Shown: positions 18,973 through 28,032 of the stretch, piece by piece
Position numbering within the stretch: position 1 is the stretch's first letter
Layout: each line of letters begins with the position of its first letter
Assembly (NCBI GenBank): GCA_016870595.1
Contig: VGBI01000004.1
Coordinates: 1-63,631, forward strand
From: Actinomycetota bacterium
GTDB taxonomy: Bacteria; Actinomycetota; Acidimicrobiia; IMCC26256; PALSA-555
Reading direction: 5' to 3'
DNA length: 63,631 nt
Translations under genes and position numbers: made by a program
Notes under the pieces: generated by a model
What the model saw: only the letters and a program-made list of their open reading frames with translations
Told to the model about the DNA's origin: nothing
Database searches by the model: none

Positions 18973-19289
18973 CCCTGGCCGCGCTCGAGATCACCAGCAG
19001 CTACTACCTCGTCCTCGCCGCCATGGTGTTCACCATCGGCGCCGTCGGGGTGCTCACCCGCCGCAACGTGCTCGTCATGTTCATGTGCGTCGAGTTGATG
19101 CTCAACGCCGTGAACCTGTCCTTCGTGGCCTTCGCCCGGGCGCTCGACGACGTCACCGGCCAGGTGATCGTGTTCTTCGTCCTGGTGGTGGCCGCCGCCG
19201 AGGTGGCGGTGGGCCTGGCGATCATCGTCGCCATCTTCCGGCGGCGCCGTCACGCGACCGCCGACGACCTGCTGGCCCTGAGGGGCTGA
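18969..19289 (+). CDS. nuoK: NADH-quinone oxidoreductase subunit K
   Basis: 106 aa. [15 protein letters not shown] and [17 protein letters not shown] are ND4L/NuoK signatures. Confidence 0.95.
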   Translation: MTLAALEITSSYYLVLAAMVFTIGAVGVLTRRNVLVMFMCVELMLNAVNLSFVAFARALDDVTGQVIVFFVLVVAAAEVAVGLAIIVAIFRRRRHATADDLLALRG

Positions 19290-19312
19290 CCCATGGCGAC
19301 CGGAGCCTGCTC

Positions 19313-21400
19313 GTGAACGCGAGCGACATCCTCGACTACCTCGGGATCATCCCGCTCCTGCCCCTGGCCGGGGCGGTGATCCTCCTCCTGGCCGGCCGCC
19401 GGATCGGCGAGCCGCGGGCCGGGTGGCTCGCCACCGGGATGATGGCGCTCGCCTTCCTGGGATCGCTGGTGGCCCTGTTCGCCCTGCTCTCGCTCCCCGC
19501 CGAGGGACGCCTCCAGGTCAACCAGGTCTTCACGTGGCTTCCCGCAGGCACGTTCAGCGTGGGCATGGGCACCCAGGCCGATCCGCTCTCGGTCACGTGG
19601 CTCCTCCTCGTGACCGGGGTCGGGCTGCTCATCCACCTGTACTCGATCGGCTACATGCACGGCGATCCGCTCTTCTCGCGGTTCTTCGCCTACCTCAACC
19701 TGTTCGCCGCCTCGATGCTGATCCTGGTGGTGGCCGACAACCTCCTCATGACCTTCCTCGGGTGGGAGGGCGTGGGCCTGTGCTCGTACCTGCTGATCTC
19801 GTTCTGGTACCGACGCAACGACGCCGCCAACGCCGGCAAGAAGGCGTTCGTGACCAACCGGGTCGGTGACGTCGGGTTCCTGCTGGCGATGTTCCTCATC
19901 ATCGCCACCTACGGCACGCTCGAGTACACGGCGATGGCCCCGGCCGCCGAGATCATCAGCGCGGGCACGGCCACGGCCATCGCGCTGCTGCTGATGGTGG
20001 GCGCCATGGGCAAGAGCGCGCAGCTCCCGCTCCACCTGTGGCTGACCGACGCCATGGAGGGCCCCACGCCGGTCTCGGCGCTCATCCACGCCGCGACCAT
20101 GGTCACCGCCGGGGTCTTCCTGATGTGCCGGGCGTACCCGTTCCTCGAGGTGAGCCACGACGCGTCGGTGGTCATCATGTGGATCGGCGCGATCACCGCC
20201 CTGCTCGCGGGCACCGTCGCCATCGTGCAGCCCGACATCAAGCGGGCCCTGGCGTACTCGACCATCAGCCAGCTCGGCTACATGTTCCTCGCCATCGGGG
20301 TCGGTGGCTACGAGGCCGCCGTCTTCATGGTGCTGTGCCACGCGTTCTACAAGGGCTGCCTGTTCCTCGGGGCCGGGTCGGTGATCCACGGCAACGGCGA
20401 CAACCAGGACATGCGGATCATGGGCCGGTACCGGAAGTTCCTCCCCGTGACCGCGTTCGCCATGGTCATCGCGTGGCTCGCGATCGCGGGGATCCCACCC
20501 TTCGCGGGCTTCTGGGCCAAGGACGAGATCCTGGTCGAGGCCTACGCCCACGGGGATTACGGCGTGTGGATCGTGGGGACGGCCGCCGCGCTGCTCACCG
20601 CGGTCTACATGACCCGGTTGATCTTCCTGACCTTCTTCGGCAACGCGCGCTTCGAAGGAGCCGACGCCGCCCTCGCCGTGCCGGTGGTCTCGGGCGGCAG
20701 CGACGAGGGCGATCCCGCCGTCGCCACCGCCCACGGCCCCCACGGCTCCGACGGCCACGACGGCGACGAGGACCCGTTCGAGGACCACCCGACGGTGGTG
20801 TTCGGCGAGCCACCCCGCCCGGGGCGCCTGCACGGGCACCGGCCCCACGAGAGCCCGGTCCTCATGCTGGTGCCGATCGTCGTCCTCGCCGGGCTGTCGG
20901 CCGTGGGCGGGCTCCTGAACCTCCCGTTCGGCAAGCTCGACTTCCTCCACCAGTTCCTCGAGCCGGTGTTCGAGGGCGCCAAGGGCGTGAAGGCGACCAC
21001 CGCCCAGAAGCTCACGGCCGAGGGCCTGTCGGTCCTCATGGCCCTGATCGGGGTGTCGATCGCGTTGCTCGTCTACCGCCGGGGCCTGCGGTCGCCGGAC
21101 CGCGACCCTCTCGTCGACCGGTTGCGGCCGGTCAGCACGCTCACCGGCAGCGCCTACTACTGGGACGCCGGCGTCACCCGCTTCGTGGGGGGTCCCGGTG
21201 AGCGCGGGGCGTCCTGGCTGAACCGGGTCTTCGACGCCCGCATCGTCGACGGTGCGGTGAACGGCACGGCCTGGCTGTTCCAGCGGGCCGGGCGGGCCGC
21301 GAGCCGGGTCCAGGACGGCTACGTCCGGCGCTATGCACTGGGCATCCTCCTCGGAACCGTCGCCGTGGTCTGCTTCGTGCTCCTGTGGGCGGGGCGGTAG
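19313..21400 (+). CDS. nuoL: NADH-quinone oxidoreductase subunit L
   Basis: FLGWEGVGLCSYLLISFWY, GKSAQLPLHLWLTDAMEGPTPVSALIHAATMVTAGV and WAKDEIL. GTG start at 19313. 695 aa. Confidence 0.93.
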   Translation: MNASDILDYLGIIPLLPLAGAVILLLAGRRIGEPRAGWLATGMMALAFLGSLVALFALLSLPAEGRLQVNQVFTWLPAGTFSVGMGTQADPLSVTWLLLVTGVGLLIHLYSIGYMHGDPLFSRFFAYLNLFAASMLILVVADNLLMTFLGWEGVGLCSYLLISFWYRRNDAANAGKKAFVTNRVGDVGFLLAMFLIIATYGTLEYTAMAPAAEIISAGTATAIALLLMVGAMGKSAQLPLHLWLTDAMEGPTPVSALIHAATMVTAGVFLMCRAYPFLEVSHDASVVIMWIGAITALLAGTVAIVQPDIKRALAYSTISQLGYMFLAIGVGGYEAAVFMVLCHAFYKGCLFLGAGSVIHGNGDNQDMRIMGRYRKFLPVTAFAMVIAWLAIAGIPPFAGFWAKDEILVEAYAHGDYGVWIVGTAAALLTAVYMTRLIFLTFFGNARFEGADAALAVPVVSGGSDEGDPAVATAHGPHGSDGHDGDEDPFEDHPTVVFGEPPRPGRLHGHRPHESPVLMLVPIVVLAGLSAVGGLLNLPFGKLDFLHQFLEPVFEGAKGVKATTAQKLTAEGLSVLMALIGVSIALLVYRRGLRSPDRDPLVDRLRPVSTLTGSAYYWDAGVTRFVGGPGERGASWLNRVFDARIVDGAVNGTAWLFQRAGRAASRVQDGYVRRYALGILLGTVAVVCFVLLWAGR

Positions 21401-21403
21401 ACG

Positions 21404-22987
21404 ATGGGCTTCCCGCTGCTCCTCGCGATCATCGTCACCCCGCTCGTCGGCGCGGTGGTCGTGGCCCTGCTCCCGGCCGCCCGCACCGAGGTGGCCAAGG
21501 CCCTCGGCTACGCGTTCACCGGAGCCACCGCCGGACTGTGTGGCTACCTGCTCTGGCACTTCCAGACCGGCGACCGGGGCTTCCAGTTCGTCTACGACCA
21601 GCCCTGGATCCCCGGCCTCGGGGTGCGTTTCACGCTCGGCGTCGACGGCATCAGCCTGTTCATGGTCGTGGTCACCGGCCTGCTGTTCCCGCTCGGCCTG
21701 CTCGCCTCCGAGAAGTACATCACGCACCGTGTGAAGGCCTACGTGGCCTGGTTCCTCCTGCTCGAGACGGCGATCATGGGGATCTTCCTCACCTTGGACC
21801 TGATCGCCTTCTTCGTCTTCTGGGAGCTCCTGCTCGTCCCCATGTACTTCCTGATCCTCGGCTGGGGATCGGCGCGCCGGAAGTACGCGGCGATGAAGTT
21901 CTTCATCTACACGGGGCTCGGCTCGGCCTTCCTGCTCGCCTCGACCCTCGTCCTGGGCTTCCTCCACCAGGCCGACACCGGGGTCCTCACGTTCGACTTC
22001 CGCACCCTGGCCGACTGGAACGGCCTCACGGGCACCGCCGAGGTGCTGCTGTTCGTCGGCTTCATGGCCGCGTTCGCGATCAAGGCGCCACTGTTCCCGT
22101 TCCACACCTGGCTGCCCGACGTGCACACCGAGGCCCCGACCGCCGGCTCGGTGGTCCTGGCCGGAGTGATCATCAAGATGGGCGCGTACGGCTTCGTCCG
22201 ATTCTCGTTCGAGCTGTTCCCCCAGGCCAGCGTCGACCTCGCACCGATCCTCCTGGTGCTCGCGGTCATCGGCATCATCTACGGGGCGGTCGTCGCGGCG
22301 ATGCAGACCGACCTCAAGCGGGTGATCGCGTACTCGTCGGTCGCCCACATGGGCTTCGTGATCCTCGGCATCTTCTCGCTGACGGTGATCGGCATCGACG
22401 GCGCGGTCTTCACGATGGTCAGCCACCCGCTGACCACCGGTGCGCTGTTCCTCCTCGTCGGCATGATCTACGAGCGCCTCCACACGCGCGAGATCGGGGA
22501 GATGGGGGGGATGTGGAACGTCGCGCCGGTCCTCACCGGGCTGTTCATCGCGGCCATGTTCGCCGGCATCGGCCTCCCCGGGTTCTCCGGCTTCGTCGGT
22601 GAGTTCCTCTCGCTCGCCGGTGCCTTCCTCTACGAGCGCCCCTTCGCCATCGTCGCCGCCCTCGGGGTGATCTTCGCCGCCGTCTACATGCTCTGGCCGT
22701 TCAAGCGGGCGTTCGCGGGCCGGGCGTCCGGCTCGGTGGCCCGGATGAAGGACCTCGACCAGCGGGAGATCCTCGTGGTGGTGCCCCTCCTGGCGCTGTC
22801 GCTGTTCCTCGGGCTCTACCCGAAGCCCGTCCTCGACCGGATCGAGCCCGCGGCCGACCGGGCCGTCCGCAACTTCGAGCGCAAGACCGACTACCGCAGT
22901 CCCGAGGAGTCCCGCGACCGACGCGACACCGAGCGCCGGGTCGAGCGGGAGCAGCGCCGGGCCGAGGCCCGGGAGGGCGAGCAGTGA
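21404..22987 (+). CDS. nuoM: NADH-quinone oxidoreductase subunit M
   Basis: FFVFWELLLVPMYFLI, KAPLFPFHTWLPDVHTEAPTAGSVVLAGV and IAYSSVAHMGF are ND4/NuoM signatures. Confidence 0.95.
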   Translation: MGFPLLLAIIVTPLVGAVVVALLPAARTEVAKALGYAFTGATAGLCGYLLWHFQTGDRGFQFVYDQPWIPGLGVRFTLGVDGISLFMVVVTGLLFPLGLLASEKYITHRVKAYVAWFLLLETAIMGIFLTLDLIAFFVFWELLLVPMYFLILGWGSARRKYAAMKFFIYTGLGSAFLLASTLVLGFLHQADTGVLTFDFRTLADWNGLTGTAEVLLFVGFMAAFAIKAPLFPFHTWLPDVHTEAPTAGSVVLAGVIIKMGAYGFVRFSFELFPQASVDLAPILLVLAVIGIIYGAVVAAMQTDLKRVIAYSSVAHMGFVILGIFSLTVIGIDGAVFTMVSHPLTTGALFLLVGMIYERLHTREIGEMGGMWNVAPVLTGLFIAAMFAGIGLPGFSGFVGEFLSLAGAFLYERPFAIVAALGVIFAAVYMLWPFKRAFAGRASGSVARMKDLDQREILVVVPLLALSLFLGLYPKPVLDRIEPAADRAVRNFERKTDYRSPEESRDRRDTERRVEREQRRAEAREGEQ

Positions 22988-24498
22988 TCGCGGCAGCCCC
23001 CATCGCCACCCCGGCCGTCGACCTCTGGGCGATCGCGCCGATCATCGCGCTGGTCGCGACCGGGGTCGGCCTGGTCCTGATCCGGGCCCTCCTGCGCCGG
23101 AACCCGGCGGTGACCGCGGTGTGCTTCTCGGTGGCGGTCGTCGGCCTGCTCGTCGCCGCCGGCCTGCTGGCCCGGCAGTGGCACCGGGTCCGCGACGACG
23201 GCCCGATCGTGAGTCTCGCCGACATGGTGCGGGTCGATCCGTTCGCGGTCTTCCTCGGCATCGTGGTCGTGGCCGCCACCCTCGCCGGGCTGCTCCTGTC
23301 GTACGCCTACCTTCGCCGGGAGGAGCTCGAGGCCCCCGAGTACTTCGCCCTGCTGCTGCTGTCGGCCGCCGGGATGCTGATGATGACCACGGCGAACGAC
23401 CTCGTGGTCGTCTTCGTGGCCCTCGAGGTCCTGTCGATCCCGCTCTACGTGCTCGTCGCCTTCGACCGGCGTCGGCTGCGGTCCCAGGAAGCCGGGCTCA
23501 AGTACTTCGTGCTCGGCGCGTTCTCGTCGGCGGTGTTCCTCTACGGGATCGCGCTCGTGTACGGCGCGACCGGGACCACCTCGCTCAGCGGGATCGCGAC
23601 GTTCCTCGCCGGGAACACCCTGTTCGAGCAGACCACGCTGCTCGTCGGCCTCGGGCTCCTGCTCGTCGGCCTCGGCTTCAAGGTCGCGGCGGTGCCGTTC
23701 CACATGTGGACCCCGGACGTCTACCAGGGGGCGCCGACCCCGGTGACCGCGTTCATGGCCGCCGCGACCAAGGCCGCCGCCTTCGCCGCGATCCTGCGCA
23801 TCGTGCTGACCGCCTTCCCGCAGTACCGCGACGACTGGCGCCCGATCCTCTGGGTGCTCGCGGCGCTGTCGATGCTTGTGGGCGCCATCGCCGCCCTGGC
23901 CCAGAACGACGTCAAGCGCACGCTCGCCTACTCGTCGATCGCCCACGCCGGGTACATCCTCATGGGCGTCTACGCCGCGACCTCCCGGGGCCGCGAGGCG
24001 GCGCTCCTCTACCTGCTCGTCTACGCCTTCATGGCGATCGGCGCGTTCGCGATCGTGATGATCGCCGCGCCCGGCTCCGACGACGCCAAGCACTCCTACG
24101 ACGACTACCGGGGCCTGGCCGTCCGCCGTCCGGTGCTCGGTGGGCTCCTGATCTTCTTCGTGCTTGCGCAGGCCGGAGTCCCGTTGACCAGCGGGTTCGT
24201 CGGCAAGCTCGAGCTGTTCGGCTCGGTCGCCCAGGCCGGCGAGACCAGCGACTACGTGCTCCTGGTCATCGGCGTCCTGTCCGCCGTGATCGCCTTCGCC
24301 TTCTACCTGCGGATCGCGTGGACCCTGGTCACCGCCCCCGACGACGACACCGCGGTGGCCGAGGCCTACTCGACCCGCCCCCGCCGGGTCGACGGCTGGA
24401 CCGGGATCGTCCTGGCCGGCGCCGCGGCGCTGACCCTGGTGGTCGGCGTGCTGCCGGGCACCTTCATCCACTTCGCCCGCGACGCCGTCTTCTTCTAG
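22984..24498 (+). CDS. nuoN: NADH-quinone oxidoreductase subunit N
   Basis: FVALEVLSIPLYVLV, FKVAAVPFHMWTPDVYQGAPTPVTAFM and LAYSSIAHAGY are ND2/NuoN signatures. GTGA junction with nuoM. Confidence 0.94.
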   Translation: MIAAAPIATPAVDLWAIAPIIALVATGVGLVLIRALLRRNPAVTAVCFSVAVVGLLVAAGLLARQWHRVRDDGPIVSLADMVRVDPFAVFLGIVVVAATLAGLLLSYAYLRREELEAPEYFALLLLSAAGMLMMTTANDLVVVFVALEVLSIPLYVLVAFDRRRLRSQEAGLKYFVLGAFSSAVFLYGIALVYGATGTTSLSGIATFLAGNTLFEQTTLLVGLGLLLVGLGFKVAAVPFHMWTPDVYQGAPTPVTAFMAAATKAAAFAAILRIVLTAFPQYRDDWRPILWVLAALSMLVGAIAALAQNDVKRTLAYSSIAHAGYILMGVYAATSRGREAALLYLLVYAFMAIGAFAIVMIAAPGSDDAKHSYDDYRGLAVRRPVLGGLLIFFVLAQAGVPLTSGFVGKLELFGSVAQAGETSDYVLLVIGVLSAVIAFAFYLRIAWTLVTAPDDDTAVAEAYSTRPRRVDGWTGIVLAGAAALTLVVGVLPGTFIHFARDAVFF

Positions 24499-24545
24499 GC
24501 GGCCGGGAGCCGCTCGGGGGCGGTGGGGTGCGGCAGTATGGGGCC

Positions 24546-25241
24546 GTGACCGACGACCCGAGGCAGGCGCAGAAGCAGGCGGCGGCCGAGCGGGCGCTCG
24601 AGTGGGTCACCTCCGGGACGGTCGTCGGCCTCGGGACGGGCTCCACGGCCGTGTGGGCGATCCGGGGGCTCGGGGCCCGGCTGGCCGACGGCCGGCTCCG
24701 TGACGTCGTGGCGATCCCGACCTCCGACGCCAGCGCCGCCGAGGCCCGGGCGGTGGGGATCCCACTCGTGACCTTCGACGAGCACACCGTGATCGACCTG
24801 ACCATCGACGGCGCCGACGAGGTCGATCCCGGGCTCGACTGCATCAAGGGCTACGGCGGCGCGCTCCTGCGCGAGAAGGTGGTGGCCCAGGCCACCCGGC
24901 GCCAGGTCATCGTCGTCGACGACTCGAAGCCGTCCGCACGACTGGGGACCCGGTGCCACGTCCCGGTCGAGGTCCTGCGCTTCGCCCGCGCGACCGAGCA
25001 GGCGTTCCTCGAGTCGCTCGGGGCGACGGTGGCCCTGCGGACGGGCGACGCCGGCCCGTTCGTGACCGACGAGGGGAACTGGATCCTCGACGCCACCTTC
25101 GGTCCGATCGCCGACGCGCCGGGGCTCGCGGCGCGCCTGGCGGACCGGGCGGGCGTGGTCGAGCACGGCCTGTTCCTCGGCCTGGTCCACGACCTCCTGA
25201 TCGCCACCGCCGGGGCGGTGGAGCACCGCATCCGGCCCTGA
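24546..25241 (+). CDS. rpiA: ribose-5-phosphate isomerase A
   Basis: GLGTGSTAVW, DLTIDGADEVD and KGYGGALLREKVV are RpiA motifs. The start could be GTG 24546 or GTG 24528. Confidence 0.9.
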   Translation: MTDDPRQAQKQAAAERALEWVTSGTVVGLGTGSTAVWAIRGLGARLADGRLRDVVAIPTSDASAAEARAVGIPLVTFDEHTVIDLTIDGADEVDPGLDCIKGYGGALLREKVVAQATRRQVIVVDDSKPSARLGTRCHVPVEVLRFARATEQAFLESLGATVALRTGDAGPFVTDEGNWILDATFGPIADAPGLAARLADRAGVVEHGLFLGLVHDLLIATAGAVEHRIRP

Positions 25242-25248
25242 GCCGCCG

Positions 25249-26130
25249 TCAGTCGAGGCGGCGCTTCCACCACCGGCGCCGCCGCTGCCGGTCGGGTCGC
25301 ACCTCGTGGTCGTCGAGGGCGCGGTGGGCCAGGGCCAGGGCCTGGTCGATCAGCGCCCGGGCGCCTGCGAAGTCGAGGAAGTCGCGGTTGTCGTCGGGGG
25401 CGGGCAGCACCACGAGCTCGATCTCGTCGGGGACCCACCGCAGCTCGAGGTCGAAACGCTGCTCACGTGAGATGGCCACGGAGCGCACGACCACGTCGAG
25501 GGGTGAGCGGACCGGCCGGTCGGAGATCGGGTCCGACACGTCGAGCACGAAGATGCGGTCGACCGGCCCGGCGAGGGCGTGGGAGATCGGCACCAGGTTG
25601 ACGATGGCCCCGTCCACCAGGACGGCGCCGCCGAGGCGGATGGGCGGGTAGATCCCGGGCAGCGAGGCGCTGGCCAGCAGCACCGGTGGCAGCGGCCCGG
25701 TCGCGAACACCATCTCGTCGCCCGAGTTCAGGTCGGCCGCCACCACCCGCAAGGGCACGGCGAGGTCCTCGAACCGGTCGACGATCTGGGACCGCTCGAT
25801 CAGGGCGACCAGGCCCTCGTTGCTGATCAGGTGGTCGTCGCGGCGCAGCAGGTTCCAGGCCCGGCGCAGCGTGCCCCCGGGGAAGAGCGCCTCGCCGGTG
25901 AGCGACGCCCAGGTCTCCTCCATGGCCTCGACCGTCGCCAGGCTCGGATCGGTCGCGATCGCGGCGCCGTTGAGCGCGCCCACCGACGTCCCGATCACCA
26001 CGTCGGGTCGAATCCCCCGCTCGACCAGGGCGCGCAGCATGCCGACCTGGGCCACCCCCTGGTTCCCGCCCCCCGAGAGGACGAAGGCGGTCCGGGGTCC
26101 ACGGGGTCGGGGGCTCGGGGCGCGCGCCAC
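25249..26130 (-). CDS. patatin-like phospholipase family protein
   Basis: Oxyanion motif [10 protein letters not shown], nucleophile elbow GTSVGALNG (GxSxG) and the catalytic Asp region VDGAIV (DGA). 293 aa. Confidence 0.88.
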   Translation of the reverse strand: MARAPSPRPRGPRTAFVLSGGGNQGVAQVGMLRALVERGIRPDVVIGTSVGALNGAAIATDPSLATVEAMEETWASLTGEALFPGGTLRRAWNLLRRDDHLISNEGLVALIERSQIVDRFEDLAVPLRVVAADLNSGDEMVFATGPLPPVLLASASLPGIYPPIRLGGAVLVDGAIVNLVPISHALAGPVDRIFVLDVSDPISDRPVRSPLDVVVRSVAISREQRFDLELRWVPDEIELVVLPAPDDNRDFLDFAGARALIDQALALAHRALDDHEVRPDRQRRRRWWKRRLD

Positions 26131-26176
26131 GGGGTCATGGTCGCAGGTCGTGCCCGCCCGGTCCGGGAGCCGTCTC

Positions 26177-26212
26177 GGGCCGGGCGCCGGGCCGGGCGCC
26201 GGGCCGGGCGCG
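26177..26212. repeat. 3 x 12-bp tandem repeat gggccgggcgc(c/g), a run of GGG tracts
   Basis: Read directly, with units at 26177, 26189 and 26201. It lies in the divergent intergenic region between the patatin-like gene and the second nuoA. Confidence 0.9.
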
Positions 26213-26226
26213 GGGGCGGACGCGGT

Positions 26227-26257
26227 TTGTCCGGCGAGCGAGCCCCCTGCATAGACT
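26227..26257 (+). promoter_or_regulatory. weak candidate promoter for the second nuo operon (TTGTCC - 19 nt - TAGACT)
   Basis: Hexamers at 26227..26232 and 26252..26257. GGAGG (26287..26291) lies 7 nt before the nuoA GTG. The spacer is longer than optimal, so this is tentative. Confidence 0.25.
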
Positions 26258-26298
26258 GCGCCCGCAGGCCCACTGGGGTCCCGACGGAGGCTGCGCGC

Positions 26299-26661
26299 GT
26301 GACGGAGTTCTACCGGAGCTACCTCGCCGTGGCCGTGCTCATCCTGGCCGCGATCGGCATGGTGGGCTTCATGCTCGGGCTGGGCCGCCTGATCCGGCCG
26401 GTCCGGGCCCAGGAGCAGAAGTACATCCCGTACGAGGCCGGGTCCGACCCGACCGGGACCTTCGGCCAGTCGAACGTCCGGTACTACGTCTTCGCCCTGC
26501 TCTTCGTGATCTTCGACGTCGAGGCCGTGTTCATCTTCCCGTGGGCGGTCAACTTGGAGAGCCTCGGCTGGTTCGGTCTGGTCGAGATGACGGTCTTCGT
26601 CGTCGTGCTCACCCTGGGGCTCGTCTACGCCTGGCGCAAGGGGGTCCTGCGGTGGGCCTGA
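26299..26661 (+). CDS. nuoA: complex-I-like subunit A, second copy
   Basis: 120 aa. [28 protein letters not shown] and [10 protein letters not shown] are the NuoA/ND3 pattern, strongly diverged from copy 1. Confidence 0.9.
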   Translation: MTEFYRSYLAVAVLILAAIGMVGFMLGLGRLIRPVRAQEQKYIPYEAGSDPTGTFGQSNVRYYVFALLFVIFDVEAVFIFPWAVNLESLGWFGLVEMTVFVVVLTLGLVYAWRKGVLRWA

Positions 26662-27230
26662 TCGACAAGGGCCGGACGCCCAAGCCGCTCACCTGGCTGC
26701 TCAACTACAGCCGGAAGTACTCCCTGTGGATGTTCCAGTGGGGACTGGCCTGCTGCGCGATCGAGATGGGGGCCGCCTTGGCGAGCCCGCGCTACGACAT
26801 GATGCGCCTCGGCGTCATCCCCTTCCCGGCCAGCCCGCGCCAGGCCGACCTCGTGGTCATCTCGGGGACCGTCACCGACAAGATGGCCCCGGCCATCCGG
26901 CGCCTCTACGAGCAGATGCCCGACCCGAAGTACGTGATCTCGATGGGGTCGTGCGCCAACTGCGGCGGCCCCTACTGGGACTCGTACTCGGTCACCAAGG
27001 GCGTCGATCAGATCATCCCGGTCGACATCTACGTGCCGGGGTGCCCGCCCCGACCCGAGGCGCTGCTGCAGGCGATCGTCATGCTCCAGGCCCAGATCCA
27101 GAACGAGGGGATCGGCAACGACCAGCTCCAGAAGCGCTGGCGCGGTGAGCCGGTCGTGATCGACGACCCCCACACGGCGCCGGTGGTCCTCGGCCCGAAG
27201 CCCGAGCCGACGGCGGTGCCCGTTGTCTGA
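26652..27230 (+). CDS. nuoB: complex-I-like subunit B, second copy
   Basis: [20 protein letters not shown] and [10 protein letters not shown] mean all four N2 cluster cysteines are present. GTG start at 26652. Confidence 0.92.
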   Translation: MGLIDKGRTPKPLTWLLNYSRKYSLWMFQWGLACCAIEMGAALASPRYDMMRLGVIPFPASPRQADLVVISGTVTDKMAPAIRRLYEQMPDPKYVISMGSCANCGGPYWDSYSVTKGVDQIIPVDIYVPGCPPRPEALLQAIVMLQAQIQNEGIGNDQLQKRWRGEPVVIDDPHTAPVVLGPKPEPTAVPVV

Positions 27231-28032
27231 CGAGACGCCCGCCGTCACCGAGGGCGACGACGTGCCCGAGGCCGCGCCTCCGACCGCAGAGGCGCCTGCG
27301 CCCGAGACCGCAGAGGCGCCTGCGCCCGAGACCGCAGAGGCGCCTGCGCCCGAGACCGCAGAGGCGCGCCCGGACCCGGTCCACCTCGATCTCCTCGACC
27401 GGATCGAACGGGCCCTGCCCGGCGCGGTGATCGAGCACGGCACCGCCTGCGGCGAGCTCGTGATCCGGGTCACCAACCCCTCGTGGGGCCCGCTGGCCGG
27501 GGTCGCCCGCAGCGACCTCGAGTGCGACTACCTCTCGTTCGTCTCGGCCATCGACTGGGCGCCCACCCCCCGCGACGGCGGTGACGACGCCGGGGGCGAC
27601 ACCTCGGCGCCGGTGCAGCCGACGGAGATGACGTTCGGAGTGGCCGGCTCGGCGGGTCGGTTCCAGGTGTTCGCCCGTGTGCAGTCCACCGCCCGGGGCT
27701 GGGGCGCAACGTTCAAGGTCGACGTCGACGAGACGAACCCGCTCGTGGCGTCGTGGGTCGGGGTCTACCCCGGGGCCGACTGGCACGAGCGCGAGACCTG
27801 GGAGATGTTCGGCGTCCGCTTCGACGGCCACCCGAACCTGCGCCAGCTGTACCTGCCGGCCGGCTTCGAGGGGCACCCGCTGCGCAAGGACTTCCCGCTG
27901 CTGGCCCGGGTCGTGAAGCCCTGGCCCGGGCTGGTCGACGTCGAGGCGATGCCCGAGGAGGCCGCTGCGGTCACCGCCGGCGGAGACGGTGCAGGAGACG
28001 GTGCAGGAGACGGTGCAGGAGGTGGCGAGTGA
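27223..28032 (+). CDS. nuoC: complex-I-like subunit C, second copy, with repeat-encoded low-complexity N- and C-termini
   Basis: [43 protein letters not shown] is the NuoC signature. The start (TTG 27223 or GTG 27262) is uncertain. Confidence 0.88.
   Translation: MSDETPAVTEGDDVPEAAPPTAEAPAPETAEAPAPETAEAPAPETAEARPDPVHLDLLDRIERALPGAVIEHGTACGELVIRVTNPSWGPLAGVARSDLECDYLSFVSAIDWAPTPRDGGDDAGGDTSAPVQPTEMTFGVAGSAGRFQVFARVQSTARGWGATFKVDVDETNPLVASWVGVYPGADWHERETWEMFGVRFDGHPNLRQLYLPAGFEGHPLRKDFPLLARVVKPWPGLVDVEAMPEEAAAVTAGGDGAGDGAGDGAGGGE
27283..27367 (+). repeat. in-frame 24-bp tandem repeat x3.5 (accgcagaggcgcctgcgcccgag, encoding TAEAPAPE) inside nuoC copy 2
   Basis: Units at 27283, 27307 and 27331, plus a partial unit at 27355, all identical. 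A second 12-bp x3 repeat (ggagacggtgca, GDGA) lies at 27982..28017. Confidence 0.95.
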
